From Macrostomum lignano (Eukaryota): a stretch of DNA of 64,000 nucleotides. The position numbers and the translations under genes are program-made. The stretch covers positions 124,001-188,000 of the forward strand of contig NIVC01002045.1 in the NCBI GenBank assembly GCA_002269645.1. The letters are read 5' to 3'. Under the pieces are notes generated by a model. That model ran no database searches. It was not told where the DNA came from and saw only the letters and a program-made list of their open reading frames with translations. Shown piece after piece: positions 43,297 to 56,811 of this stretch. The first letter of the stretch is position 1; every line of letters begins with the position of its first letter.

Positions 43297-43894
43297 AATG
43301 GGTCAGGAATGACTATTTCAGTTTTCAATCGCCTTATTTTAAGTGGCCTAATTTGTTAAAAATATGCATCCTATTTCAGCCAAAATCGCAAGCCGCACCT
43401 GGTGTTTGATTGACGCTATTCTCCTACAGCCAACTAAATGCCAATGATTATAAAAACCATAACAGTTTACAACTCATTGCTTTCAACAAACATGACTTTT
43501 TAATAATGAATGACTTTTTAAGGTATTAAATTGAAAGTAAAAAAAAATTGTATCAAAAATCAATTAAGTAAACTTTTCTTATAATTGAAAAGTACTAAGC
43601 AAAATATGCGCATAGGTAATGATTGAAACATAGCCGAAAATATATAGCTCACTTACAACAAGGCCTTAATAGCTCTTGACTAATACGGAGCGAGACAGTA
43701 AAGAGCACAAATACTTGCATGCCAGGGAATGAAAATGTATGTGCAACCCACTGCAAAACAAAATATGGAGCTTATTAAGCACGGATAAAGTAATTGCTGA
43801 GCCGTAACAACTACAAATAACAGAAGTTGGGGGTCATTTGAATACGCTACAGTTATCGAGTTATGTACATAAGGACAGATGTACATGTAGTTAC

Positions 43895-44270
43895 TTTTGG
43901 GGTCATTTCAAGACAGAACAGGTTTGGGGTCATCTGAGGATGCAACGGACTTGGGATCTTCTGAGGACACAACGGACTTGGGTTCATCAAAAGACATAAT
44001 GGACTTAGGGTCATCTGAGGACATAACGGACTTGGGGGTCATCTGAGGACATAACGGACTTGGGGGTCATTTGAGGACATAACGGACTTTGGGTCATTTG
44101 AGGACATAACGGACATAGGGTCATTTGAGGACGTAATGGACTTGGGGTCATTTGAGGACATAATGGACTTGGGGGTCATCTGAGGACATAACGGACTTGG
44201 GGGTCATTTGAGGACATAATGGACTTGGGGTCATTTGAGGACATAATGGACTTGGGGTCATCTGGGATCA
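43895..44270. repeat. ~27/28-bp minisatellite GGGGTCAT(C/T)TGAGGACATAACGGACTT
   Basis: About 12 copies. Confidence 0.93.
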
Positions 44271-44914
44271 TTTATGAATGCAATGCCAAGCCAAACTGAA
44301 TCTCTAAAAACTGATGGAAAGTCAGCCCTGCCAGCCCAAAAACCTACTCGCTAGCCCGCACATTGCAGAGCATAGCTACTAAAAAACTGACAAAAAATCC
44401 TGACAAGGCAGATAAAAACGGAGCACACGGACAAGAAGACCCAGTTCAAAGTCGTATTGCACATAACCTTTGTTCCCGGCCGTACCTGGCACTGTCAATC
44501 AAAAATAAAAAAAACGACGCTCCGCACGCGCGCTTAAAAAATTGTCGAAGGCGGCGACACAACAGAAGGCACTCAAATATGACAACACTGCGCCTTGGCA
44601 AATATGCCAAATAGCCACAAAAGAATAATAATACAAGACATAAGTACTCTGCTCTGGGTTATTTTATTGAGCACACCAGTTGGTCAATACAATAGTGGAG
44701 GGCTTCAGGCACACGGTACGCACACGACAGGGGTAAGCTCTTTGCTTGATTAAATGTCGTTTTCATTTATCTATAAAGCTTAGGATACTGCTCCTAAGAA
44801 AGCGTGGACTGTCTCGGAGAAGATTGCCTGCCAATAGCGGAAAGTGTCGACAAATCTTCGGCAGAATGTACGGCCGTCTAGGGAAACTATTTTTTGAAAT
44901 TGTCTTTGACCGAA

Positions 44915-46020
44915 TGTGTAGGTTGTCCATGGCGGAATGTGTAGGTTGCCTATGGTCAATTGTGTGGGTTGTCCATGGCAGAATGTGTAGTTTGTCTATG
45001 GCAGAATGTGTAGGCTGTCTATGGTAAAATGTGTGGGTGGTCTATGGCAGAATGTGTAGGCTGTCTATGGTAAAATGTGTGGGTGGTCTATGGCAGAATG
45101 TGTAGGTTGCCTATGGTCAATTGTGTGGGTTGTCCATGGCAGAATGTGTAGTTTGTCTATGGCAGAATGTGTAGGCTGTCTATGGTAAAATGTGTGGGTG
45201 GTCTATGGCAGAATGTGTAGGCTGTCTATGGTAAAATGTGTGGGTGGTCTATGGCAGAATGTGTAGGTTGCCTATGGTCAATTGTGTGGGTTGTCCATGG
45301 CAGAATGTGTAGTTTGTCTATGGCAGAATGTGTAGGCTGTCTATGGTAAAATGTGTGGGTGGTCTATGGCAGAATGTGTAGGCTGTCTATGGTAAAATGT
45401 GTGGGTGGTCTATGGCAGAATGTGTAGGTTGCCTATGGTCAATTGTGTGGGTTGTCCATGGCAGAATGTGTAGGCTGTCTATGGTAAAATGTGTAGTTTG
45501 TCTATGGCAGAATGTGTAGGCTGTCTATGGTAAAATGTGTAGGCTGTCTATGGTAATATGTATAGTTTGTCTATGGCAGAATGTGTAGGCTGTCTATGGT
45601 AAAATGTGTAGTTTGTCTTTGGCAGAATGTGTAGGCTGTCTATGGCAGAATGTGTAGGTTGTCAATGTCATATGTGTGGGAGGTCTTATGAAAAAATTTG
45701 TAGTTTGTCTATGGCAGAATATGCAGTTTTTCTTTGGCAAAATGTGTGTTGTGGGTTGATGGCTTTGCCATAGACATTTTTGTTACGCGACTGCGTTGAT
45801 GAATTGAATCATGCTATTGAGTTATGAAATAAATGATAGACGCGTCAGAGGTCAACAGACCGCTAGACTGACAATTGCTAAAGGCTAAAAGCCAAAAGCA
45901 CAACAATGTGTAGTTTGTTTATGGCAGAATGTGTCTCGTCTATGGTAAAATGTGTGGGTTCTCTACAATAAAATGTGCGAGTTGTCTATGGTAAATACGT
46001 GGGTTATCTATGGCAGAATG
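44915..46020. repeat. 23-bp minisatellite TATGG(C/T)A(G/A)AATGTGT(A/G)GG(C/T)TGTC (main array to ~45740, outlier copies 45900-46020)
   Basis: More than 35 copies with cyclic variants. Confidence 0.95.
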
Positions 46021-46183
46021 GAGCTTATGCATAGCCGATTTGGGATTTTTTGGCAGATACTTTCGTTGCCAAAGACGGAATTTGCAGCTCGCACAATTAA
46101 AAAAACGCTAATTGAAGTGAAGGACAGAAACCAAGGATTACCAAGAAGAACAACTAAAGCCTGAAGTCGAACTGAGATGTCAA

Positions 46184-49100
46184 TCAAATCTTTGAGTGCC
46201 GCAGTTGGAACCCGTTGTTGTTGCTATGCAAAATTCTGTCGCCATCATCCAGCCTGAGATTCGCCGCCGCGTCGTCCTCGCCTTCGTCTCGCCGAAGATT
46301 CGCCAGTCTCTGAAGATTTTCGCCGGACTTTGCCCGACGAATCCGACGGGCCGCTTGGCCGAAAACTTGGCCGAGGAAGCCCAGGCCGATGCCGAACATG
46401 GTGACGGCTCCAAGCCGGCCGAGAAAGTCTGTGGCCGGGTTGGCCAAGTAGGACACGGTGAGGCAGCCGCCCACGCACAGCCGCATCAGGCAGAATGACA
46501 CTAGGAAGGTCAGCTCTACGACTAGCAGCAGCTGGGACCTGCGAATGAGCAGTTCATGACCACAGCTAATCAGAATGAGCAGTTCATGACCACAGCTAAT
46601 CAGAATGAGCAGTTCATGACCACAGCTAATCAGAATGAGCAGTCCATGACCACAGCTAATCAGAATGAGCAGTTCATGACCACAGCTAATCAGAATGAGC
46701 AGTTCATGACCACAGCTAATCAGAATGAGCAGTTCATAACCACAGCTATCAGAATGAGCAGTTCATAACCACAGCTAATCAGAATGAGCAGTTCATGACC
46801 ACAGCTAATCAGAATGAGCAGTTCATGACCACAGCTAATCAGAATGAGCAGTTCATGACCACAGCTAATCAGAATGAGCAGTCTATGACCACAGTTATTC
46901 AGAATGAGCAGTCCATGACCACAGATAACCAGAATGAGCAGTCCATGACCACAGATAACAAGAATGAACAGTCCATGACCACGGCTAACCAGAATGAGCA
47001 GTCCATGACAAGATAACCAGAATGAGCAGTCCATGACAAGATAAACAGAATGAGCAGTTCATGACAAGATAACCAGAATGAGCAGTCCATGACCACAGTT
47101 ATTCAGAATGAGCAGTAAAATGACCAACAGCAGCTCAAACCAACCTGAGCGGACTGTTCCCGCCGCCGGAATTTCTTAGAAACCAGCGCAACTGCAGCAG
47201 CGGGTTGGTGCACTCGCTACCGCCAATGGTGATGGTAAGCTCCGGTGCCCATCGGCAGCCGAAGAGCGACATGGCCAGGCCGAACACGCTGGCGCAGTGG
47301 TGCAGCAGCATCAGGGGTCCTTCGGTGCGGTGCAGCAGGCACCAGGCCAGGTCAAAAAGAAAATAGCCCAAGCACACGGTGAACAGGAGCCGCTCCAGGT
47401 AGTTGTAGGGCTGGCCTGGACAGTAGGGGTGAACACAGGTGCGTTATGCGTAGATGCATTAAAGCGAATTACATGGGTGGATTAAGGATGGTTCTCACAG
47501 GTAAATTATTAACGGTTCTCACAGGTGAATTAGTGACAATTTTCTCAGGTGGATTAGGGCGATTCTCACAGGTGGATTAGTGTTGATTCTCACAGGTGGA
47601 TTAGGGCGATTCTCACGGGTGGATTAGGGTGATTCTCACAGGTGGATTAGGGCGATTCTCACGGGTGGATTAGGGTGATTCTCACAGGTGGATTAGGGCG
47701 ATTCTCACAGGTGGATTAGGGGCGATTCTCACTGGTGGATTAGGGTGATTTTCACGGGTGGATTAGGGTGATTTTCATGGATTGATCAGTGGTGATTCTC
47801 ACGCGGGGATTAGTGGCGACTCTCATCTGCGGATTAGGGCGCCGCTAAAAATAAAGCTTATCGAATATAAAATCTGAAGGCATTGATTAAGCCTGTATTT
47901 ACAGCCAGTAAAATTGATAGAATCGCAAAATTTCTGTGTGCTGAGGGAGCAGCTGAGACGTGCAGTAGATCCATAGACATAATCGAATTGTCGCGGATGC
48001 CAGAAACAAAGGAAAACAAGAAGTTAGAGGAAGATTAGAAAACAACATAAGAGAAATCGAATTAGAAACAATGTACCCTTCGTAGAGGTCATGGAGGTCC
48101 AAAACAAAGTGGCCCTAAAATTAAAATGATGCTGGCCATCCAAGTTGCCAAAATAATATTAGCTGTATTGAAAGCTGGATGCTTGACAGCGTTTAACCTC
48201 TTCCGAACTGAAGAGGATTTTATTCATCTCCGTTCCGGTCGGATGGTAAGCAGCGCTTACCATAGACTATTCCTTTCAGCAGAATGGTTTGCTAAGTCTG
48301 TGGTCATTCCAGTCTGATAAAAAGACATTGACTATGAATAAGGCCCAAAACTAAGTCTCCATAAACTAACATAGAAAGTTTTACAGCTGAAGATTATGGC
48401 TGCACTCATGGAAGAATTTGAAAGTTTTTCCGATTCGGACTTAATGACGTCCGATGAAGAAGAAGACATCATGTCAGAGGACGATTATGGTGAGTCGGAC
48501 GGCCAGAGCACTGCCGAAGAGACGGAAGAGCTGTCTTGGCATTCTGTAGTTGCTGGGCATGACGTGCAAGCGAATGTGCACGAGTTTCTAGGGACACCTG
48601 GACTGAATCCAGGAATTTGCGTACCTGGTGATGTTGAGCAGGCAACGTCCTTTTTTCTCGGTCTTTTTTTGTCCAATAGCCTTTTCGAAGACCTGGCAAA
48701 ATGGACTAATCGAAGAGCCTGGGCGGCGATCCACTCTGTCAATGTCAACGACCTGCCTCGGAGTTTTGCGCAATGGAGAGATTGCAGTGCGAATGAAGTA
48801 AAGAAAATGTTAGGAATGTGCCTTTACATGGGTTCCAATAAAAAGGCCGAAATGAACGAGTACTGGAGCACAGACAGTTACTACAGTACGCCGTACTTTC
48901 AAGCACCTCAAGCTTCAAGCAGGACCGCTTCAAGCAGCTACTTGGTCTGCTCCGTTTCTACGATTGCGCTGAGGATCCGATTGTCAACGATCCTCTCTTT
49001 AAGATCCGTCCGTTGCTGCAGGCTTTGAAAGAGGCTTGTATTAATGTGTACAGGCCCGAGGAGGATGTGAGCGTGGATGAGTCTTTGGTGCTGTACAAAG

Positions 49101-50511
49101 GTCGCCTGCGCTTTAAGCAATATATTCCAACGAAGCGGGCTAAGTACGGAATAAAGCTATATTGTGCATGTGAGGCCAAATCAGGCTACCTGTACAACTT
49201 CTGCATTCACTCGACCCCAGAGGAGAACCGCCGGTTCGATGAACAGTTGCAGGGAGACAATCTGTCCTTCAGTGAGAAGATTGTTGTTGAGCTCTGCTAC
49301 AACTTGTTGCACCAAGGCTACCGCATCTTTGTCGATAAATGGTTCGGTTCCTATCGGCTGTCAGAGTACCTGCTGACTCAAGGAACGCACCTGACTTGTA
49401 CCGTCCGGGCCGACCGAGGTGTGCCGATTGAGCTCAGACAGCTGCACGTTCCACCTAACGACGTCGCCTTCATGCGCAAAGACGGGGTGCTGGCTGTCAA
49501 GATCGTTGAACGAAAGGAGAGTGGCCTGAAGACTCTGTATTTGCTGGACACGAAAGAGGCGGCTGAGAGGGTTCAAACCAGACGCGTGGTTCGTGGAGGA
49601 GCAGAAACAGTGGTGCAGAAGAGCAGGTCAGTTCTCACCTACAATCGGTGCATGGGTGGTGTTGACAGAATGGACAGTCATCTACAGCCTCATCTGCCAG
49701 GGAGGAAAACTACAAAGTGGTTTTTGAAGCTCGGCTTGCATCTTTTTCTTCAAATGATTCGCAACGCTTGGATTGTGTACAGCCGGTGCGGTGGAGAGAA
49801 GACGTTCGCCAAGTTTCTTGAGGCCAGCATTCGGGAGCTGGTGGAGCGTACCGGAACGAGCAGGAAGCGCCCGGCCGCTGGCATCCAGGCCGCTCCAGGT
49901 GGCCCAGTCAGTCCGCACTTTCCAACGAAGATTGTGGCGCGGGACAGTCAGCCAAGACCAACAAAGCGCTGACGTGTCTGCTACAGAGCTGGAAGCAGCA
50001 AGCGCACGATCTACTGCTGCCCTGAGTGTCCAGGGGAACCGGGGCTCTGCTTGGAAGCCTGCTTTCAGCAGTGGCATACCTGATCTTCGACTGCGATTTG
50101 GACTAAGTCTGCCTTAATGAATCTATTTGAAGGCAACTGTTCACTCGAACTTAGTCAAAATATAATGCAAGTCAGTATATTTTAATGTAGTTTGTAAGTT
50201 TACTGAGTTATTATGTTTATTTAAAGTTTAAAGTTGTCTAACACATATCACAATGTTCTTTTTTGCGTTTTGGAGTACTTTTGCATCTAAATGTACGATC
50301 TGTACGATCTGCTTACTTTTGTTTTACTTTGTTAAAATATTTTTCGTATGATTTTTTTTTCAGTCGAGTTGTTTCCAGACCGTGAATAATCTGTAGCAGA
50401 TTTCAACCAACTGCGGTATAAAAGGCAAATGACAAATTTTTTATTTGGAAGGATAAAAGTAAAGCTAGTTCCTTTTTGAATAAATATTTGTCCATGACCC
50501 CTAATGGCTGA

Positions 50512-50546
<35 letters not shown>

Positions 50547-53500
50547 GTTTTGAAGAGCTGCTCAATCTGATTTTCCTAACTTCAATTCTATGGCAAGCTC
50601 TGCTTACCATAGCCGACCGGAACGGCCTGTGGCCAGCCATAGACTTATAGAGACTTTCCTCACTCGCGAAAGTTTAGGTTTGGATTGGAATGTCAGCGTG
50701 GTAAGCACTGCTTACCATCAGACTGCTGGCGGTTAAATAATAAGTATTGAATATTTATTAACTATTAATAACTATTAATATTTAAATGCATGACGAACGC
50801 TTTTGAAAAAATACCATCGAATACCATGCTACCCTGGAATTTAAAAACTCCCATAGACACCTGGGATAAAAATCCACACTGAATCCCATAGACACCTGGG
50901 ATAAAGATCCACACTGAATCCCATAGACACCTGGGATAAAAATCCACACTGAATCCCATAGACACCTGGGATAAAAATCCACACTGAATCCCATAGACAC
51001 CTGGGATAAAAATCCACACTGAATCCCATAGACACCTGGGATAAAAATCCACACTGAATCCCATAGACACCTGGGATAAAAATCCACACTGAATCCCATA
51101 GACACCTGGGATAAAGATCCACACTGAATCCCATAGACACCTGGGATAAAAATCCACATTGAATCCCATAGACACCTGAGATAAAAATTCCCGTTAAATC
51201 CCATAGACACCTGGGATAAAAATTCCCGTTGAATCCCATAGACACCTGGGATAAAAATTCCCGTTGAATCCCATAGACACCTGGGATAAAAAATCCACAC
51301 TGAATCCCATAGACACCTGGGATAAAAAATCCACACTGAATCCCATAGACACCTGGGATAAAAATCCACATTGAATCCCATAGACACCTGGGATAAAAAT
51401 CCCCGTTGAATCCCATAGACACCTGGGATAAAAATTCCCGGTGAATCCCATAGACACCTGGGATAAAAATCCACACTGAATCCCATAGACACCTGGCATA
51501 AAAATCACCGCTGAATCCCATAGACACCTGGGATAAAAATTCCCGGTGAATCCCATAGACACCTGGGATAAAAATCCACACTGAATCCCATAGACACCTG
51601 GGATAAAGATCCACACTGAATCCCATAGACACCTGGGATAAAAATCCACACTGAATCCCATAGACACCTGGGATAAAAATCCACACTGAATCCCATAGAC
51701 ACCTGGGATAAAAATCCACACTGAATCCCATAGACACCTGGGATAAAAATCCACACTGAATCCCATAGACACCTGGGATAAAAATCCACACTGAATCCCA
51801 TAGACACCTGGGATAAAGATCCACACTGAATCCCATAGACACCTGGGATAAAAATCCACATTGAATCCCATAGACACCTGAGATAAAAATTCCCGTTAAA
51901 TCCCATAGACACCTGGGATAAAAATTCCCGTTGAATCCCATAGACACCTGGGATAAAAATTCCCGTTGAATCCCATAGACACCTGGGATAAAAAATCCAC
52001 ACTGAATCCCATAGACACCTGGGATAAAAAATCCACACTGAATCCCATAGACACCTGGGATAAAAATCCACATTGAATCCCATAGACACCTGGGATAAAA
52101 ATCCCCGTTGAATCCCATAGACACCTGGGATAAAAATTCCCGGTGAATCCCATAGACACCTGGGATAAAAATCCACACTGAATCCCATAGACACCTGGCA
52201 TAAAAATCACCGCTGAATCCCATAGACACCTGGGATAAAAATTCCCGGTGAATCCCATAGACACCTGGGATAAAAATTCCCGTTGAATCCCATAGACACC
52301 TGGGATAAAAATCCACACTGAATCCCATAGACACCTGGGATAAAAATCACCGCTGAATCCCATAGACACCTGGGATAAAAATCCACACTGAATCCCATAG
52401 ACACCTGGGATAAAAATCCCCGTTGAATCCCATAGACACCTGGGATAAAAATCCACACTGAATCCCATAGACACCTGGGATAAAAATTCCCGGTGAATCC
52501 CATAGACACCTGGGATAAAAAATCCACATTGAATCCCATAGACACCTGGGATAAAAATCCCCGTTGAATACCATAGACACCTGGGATAAAAATTCCCGGT
52601 GAATCCCATAGACACCTGGGATAAAAATTCCCGTTGAATCCCATAGACACCTGGGATAAAAATCCACACTGAATCCAATAGACACCTGGGATAAAAATCC
52701 ACACTGAATCCCATAGACACCTGGAATAAAAATCCCCACTGAATCCCATAGATACCTGGGATAAAAATCCACACTGAATCCCATAGACACCTGGGATAAA
52801 GATCCACACTGAATCCCATAGACACCTGGGATAAAAATCCACACTGAATCCCATAGACACCTGGGATAAAAATCCACACTGAATCCCATAGACACCTGGG
52901 ATAAAAATCCACACTGAATCCCATAGACACCTGGGATAAAAATCCACACTGAATCCCATAGACACCTGGGATAAAGATCCACACTGAATCCCATAGACAC
53001 CTGGGATAAAGATCCACACTGAATCCCATAGACACCTGGGATAAAAATCCACATTGAATCCCATAGACACCTGAGATAAAAATTCCCGTTAAATCCCATA
53101 GACACCTGGGATAAAAATTCCCGTTGAATCCCATAGACACCTGGGATAAAAATTCCCGTTGAATCCCATAGACACCTGGGATAAAAATCCACACTGAATC
53201 CAATAGACACCTGGGATAAAAATCACCACTGAATCCCATAGACACCTGGGATAAAAATCCACACGGAATCCCATAGACACCTGGAATAAAAATCCCCATA
53301 GAATCCAATAGACACCTGGGATAAAAATCCACATTGAATCCCATAGACACCTGGGATAAAAATCCACACTGAATCCCATAGACACCTGGGATAAAAATCC
53401 ACACTGAATCCCATAGACACCTGGGATAAAAATCCACACTGAATCCCATAGACACCTGAGATTAAAATCCCCATTGAATCCCATAGACACCTGAGATTAA

Positions 53501-55451
53501 AATCCCCATTGAATCCCATAGACACCTGGGATAAAAATCCACATTGAATCCCATAGACACCTGAGATAAAAATCCCCACTGAATCCCATAGACACCTGAG
53601 ATAAAAATCCCCACTGAATCCCATAGACACCTGAGATTAAAATCCTCATTGAATCCCATAGACACCTGGGATAAAAATCCCCGTTGAATCCCATAGACAC
53701 CTGGGATAAAAATCACCGCTGAATCCCATAGACACCTGGGATAAAAATCCACACTGAATCCCATAGACACCTGGGATAAAGATCCACACTGAATCCCATA
53801 GACACCTGGGATAAAAATCCACATTGAATCCCATAGACACCTGAGATAAAAATTCCCGTTAAATCCCATAGACACCTGGGATAAAAATTCCCGTTGAATC
53901 CCATAGACACCTGGGATAAAAATTCCCGTTGAATCCCATAGACACCTGGGATAAAAATTCCCGTTGAATCCCATAGACACCTGAGATAAAAATTCCCGTT
54001 AAATCCAATAGACACCTGGGATAAAAATCACCACTGAATCCCATAGACACCTGGGATAAAAATCCACACTGAATCCCATAGACACCTGGAATAAAAATCC
54101 CCATAGAATCCAATAGACACCTGGGATAAAAATCCACATTGAATCCCATAGACACCTGGGATAAAAATCCACACTGAATCCCATAGACACCTGGGATAAA
54201 AATCCACACTGAATCCCATAGACACCTGGGATAAAAATCCCCATTGAATCCCATAGACACCTGAGATTAAAATCCCCATTGAATCCCATAGACACCTGAG
54301 ATAAAAATCCCCACTGAATCCCATAGACACCTGAGATTAAAATCCCCATTGAATCCCATAGACACCTGGGATAAAAATCCCCGTTGAATCCCATAGACAC
54401 CTGGGATAAAAATCACCGCTGAATCCCATAGACACCTGGGATTAAAATCCCCATTGAATCCCATAGACACCTGGGATAAAAATCCCCGTTGAATCCCATA
54501 GACACCTGGGATAAAAATCACCGCTGAATCCCATAGACACCTGGGATAAAAATCCACATTGAATCCAATAGACACCTGGGATAAAAATCCACACTGAATC
54601 CAATAGACACCTGGGATAAAGATCCACACTGAATCCCATAGACACCTGGAATAAAAATCCCCACTGAATCCCATAGATACCTGGGATAAAAATCCACACT
54701 GAATCCCATAGACACCTGGGATAAAAATCCACACTGAATCCCATAGACACCTGGAATAAAAATCCCCATTGAATCCAATAGACACCTGGGATAAAAATCA
54801 CCACTGAATCCCATAGACACCTGGAATAAAAATCCCCATTGAATCCAATAGACACTTGGGATAAAAATCACCACTGAATCCCATAGACACCTGGGATAAA
54901 AATCCCATTAAATTTCCATAGACACCTGGGATAAAAATCTCATTAAATCCCATAGACACCTGGGATAAAAATCTCATTAAATCCCATAGACACCTGGGAT
55001 AAAAATCCCATTAAATTTCCATAGACACCTGGGATAAAAATCTCATTAAATCCCATAGACACCTGGGATAAAAATCTCATTAAATCCCATAGACACCTGG
55101 GATAAAAATCCCATTAAATTCCCATAGACACCTGGGACAAAAATCCACACTGAATACGAGCTAACAACAAACAAATGAGACAAAAATCCGCATTAAATTC
55201 TATCGATGCTCACCCTGCATTTCCCAGTAGACGGCGTTGCGCCCAAAGCTCGCCAAATCCCAGCCGGCCAGCGCCGTGACCAAGCAGGCGTGCGCCACCG
55301 TCACCATGCGGCAGCGCCATTCGCGCGAAAAATGGCGCGTGGCGCCAAACACGGCCAGAAATTTGTAGGCGCCGGTCCAGCAGGCGAAAGCGAAGGCCAC
55401 TTCGGCTGCCAAGCGGCCGGTGCTGGCTGAGCAGCCGAGGTCGGCGGGCAT
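46184..55451 (-). CDS. TLCD5: TLC-domain membrane protein TLCD5/TMEM136 (exons 55451-55214, 47415-47145, 46538-46184)
   Basis: Motifs SREWRCRMVTVAHA and CLGYFLFDLAWC...EGPLMLLHH...GSECTNPLLQLRWFLR. Phases 1 and 2 are consistent. Confidence 0.9.
46543..47115. repeat. 30-bp minisatellite ATGAGCAGTTCATGACCACAGCTAATCAGA filling TLCD5 intron 2
   Basis: About 19 copies, abutting the 3' splice site. Confidence 0.97.
47490..47840. repeat. 23-bp minisatellite GGTGGATTAGGG(C/T)GATTCTCACA, TLCD5 intron 1
   Basis: About 15 copies. Confidence 0.92.
48197..50732 (+). mobile_element. piggyBac DNA transposon, ~2.5 kb, in TLCD5 intron 1 (antisense to the host)
   Basis: TTAA|CC...GG|TTAA (TTAA at 48193-48196 and 50733-50736). 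Subterminal palindromes TGGTAAGC-N3-GCTTACCA at both ends. Contains a transposase. Confidence 0.85.
48396..50083 (+). pseudogene. piggyBac (PGBD4-like) DDD transposase with one frameshift (~48923) and one nonsense codon (49970-49972)
   Basis: Motifs VSVDES, KRAKYGIKLY, IFVDKWF and MGGVDRMD. The Cys-rich tail RVCY...CCPECPGEPGLCLEACFQQWH continues in frame after the TGA. Confidence 0.93.
50850..55150. repeat. 35-bp minisatellite GAATCCCATAGACACCTGGGATAAAAAT-N7, ~120 copies, TLCD5 intron 1
   Basis: Read directly. Contains an internal block duplication at a 702-bp offset. Confidence 0.99.
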
Positions 55452-55569
55452 GCCGGGATTTCAATACTTGGCTTCACTTAAGCTGCAATAAACTGCGGTT
55501 TCTACTGCCAGTAGCAGATCTGGGAAATTCTCTGCCGATCAGAAATAAAAAGCAGTGAAGCTGGAACTT

Positions 55570-56325
55570 TGGGGGTGATTTTGGGGGGCTTACGGATGAT
55601 TATGGGTTGCTTAGGGATGATTTCGTGAGTGGCTTCGGGATGATTTTGGGGTGGCTTCGGGATGATTTCGTGAGTGGCTTCGGGATGATTTTGGGGTGGC
55701 TTCGGGATGATTTCGTGAGTGGCTTCGGGATGATTTTGTGAGTGGCTTAGGGATGATTTTGGGGTGGCTTAGGGATGATTATGGAGTGGTTTAGGGATGA
55801 TTTTGTGAGTGGGTTAGGGATGATTTTGGGGTGGCTTAGGGATGATTATGGAGTGGCTTAGGGATGATTTTGTGGGGGCTTAGGGATGATTTTGTGAGTG
55901 GCTTAGGGATGATTTTGTGAGTGGCTTAGGGATGATTTTGTGGGGGCTTAGGGATGATTTTGTGAGTGGCTTAGGGATGATTATGGAGTGGCTTAGGGAT
56001 GATTTTGTGGGGGCTTAGGGATGATTTTGTGAGTGGCTTAGGGATGATTTTGTGGGGGCTTAGGGATGATTTTGTGAGTGGCTTAGGGATGATTTTGGGG
56101 TGGCTTAGGGATGATTTTCTGGGGGCTTAGGGATGATTTTGGGGTGGCTTAGGGATGATTTTCTGGGGCTTAGGGATGATTTTGGGGTGGCTTAGGAATG
56201 ATTTTGGGAGTGGCTTAGGGATGATTTTCTGGGGGCTTAGGGATGATTTTGGAGTGGCTTAGGGATGATTTTGGAGTGGCTTAGGGATGATTTTAGGGTG
56301 CTTAGGAATGATTTTGTTGTCTAGT
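55570..56325. repeat. 23-bp TTAGGG-containing minisatellite GAGTGGCTTAGGGATGATTTTGT between SCYL3 and TLCD5
   Basis: About 32 copies. Confidence 0.95.
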
Positions 56326-56811
56326 ATGGAGAACTCGAGGTAAAATAAGAAACTAAGGAAAAGTCTCTAACAAATAACAGGACACCCAAACTAAATAAAA
56401 TGCGCCGTGAGTACTAACAGTAAAATATAATAACCGAATATATTTAGCAACGAGACTTGCACTAAAATTCAAATCTTGACTTATTTCGCATGCAGTGGCA
56501 ATGTAGCGAGCAAACGCCTCAGTGCAATTACTATAAACCATGCAATAGAATTGAAGCAAAGGTTATTAAATATCATCCTGGAAACTAATCATAAGTTATC
56601 TTATCACCAATTAAGACAGAGAAGGATAACGGCAGTAAAACAAAGAAGCTACCAGGAAAACGCCAAAAGCAGAAATTTCAATAGCCAGAACAAATTCCGA
56701 AATAGCAACTGTGGAACTTTTTTGAGTTCTGGAGCAATTCTCTGTCTCGGACAGTTTTTGGCCCCTGTTGGAGATTAGCGATTAGAAAGAGATCCGGCTG
56801 ACTGATGGCAA

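Noticed and set aside
50480-50550. Helitron 5' fragment inside the piggyBac ((CTGT)n followed by TGGACAAAT on the minus strand)
   Set aside because: No TC...TATAAAA terminus, and the similarity is too short.
50850-55150. True CRISPR array
   Set aside because: The 7-nt variable parts are mutually related variants rather than unique spacers, and there are no cas genes. Kept only as a structural finding.
55570-56325. Interstitial telomere
   Set aside because: TTAGGG occurs once per 23-bp unit, not as (TTAGGG)n.
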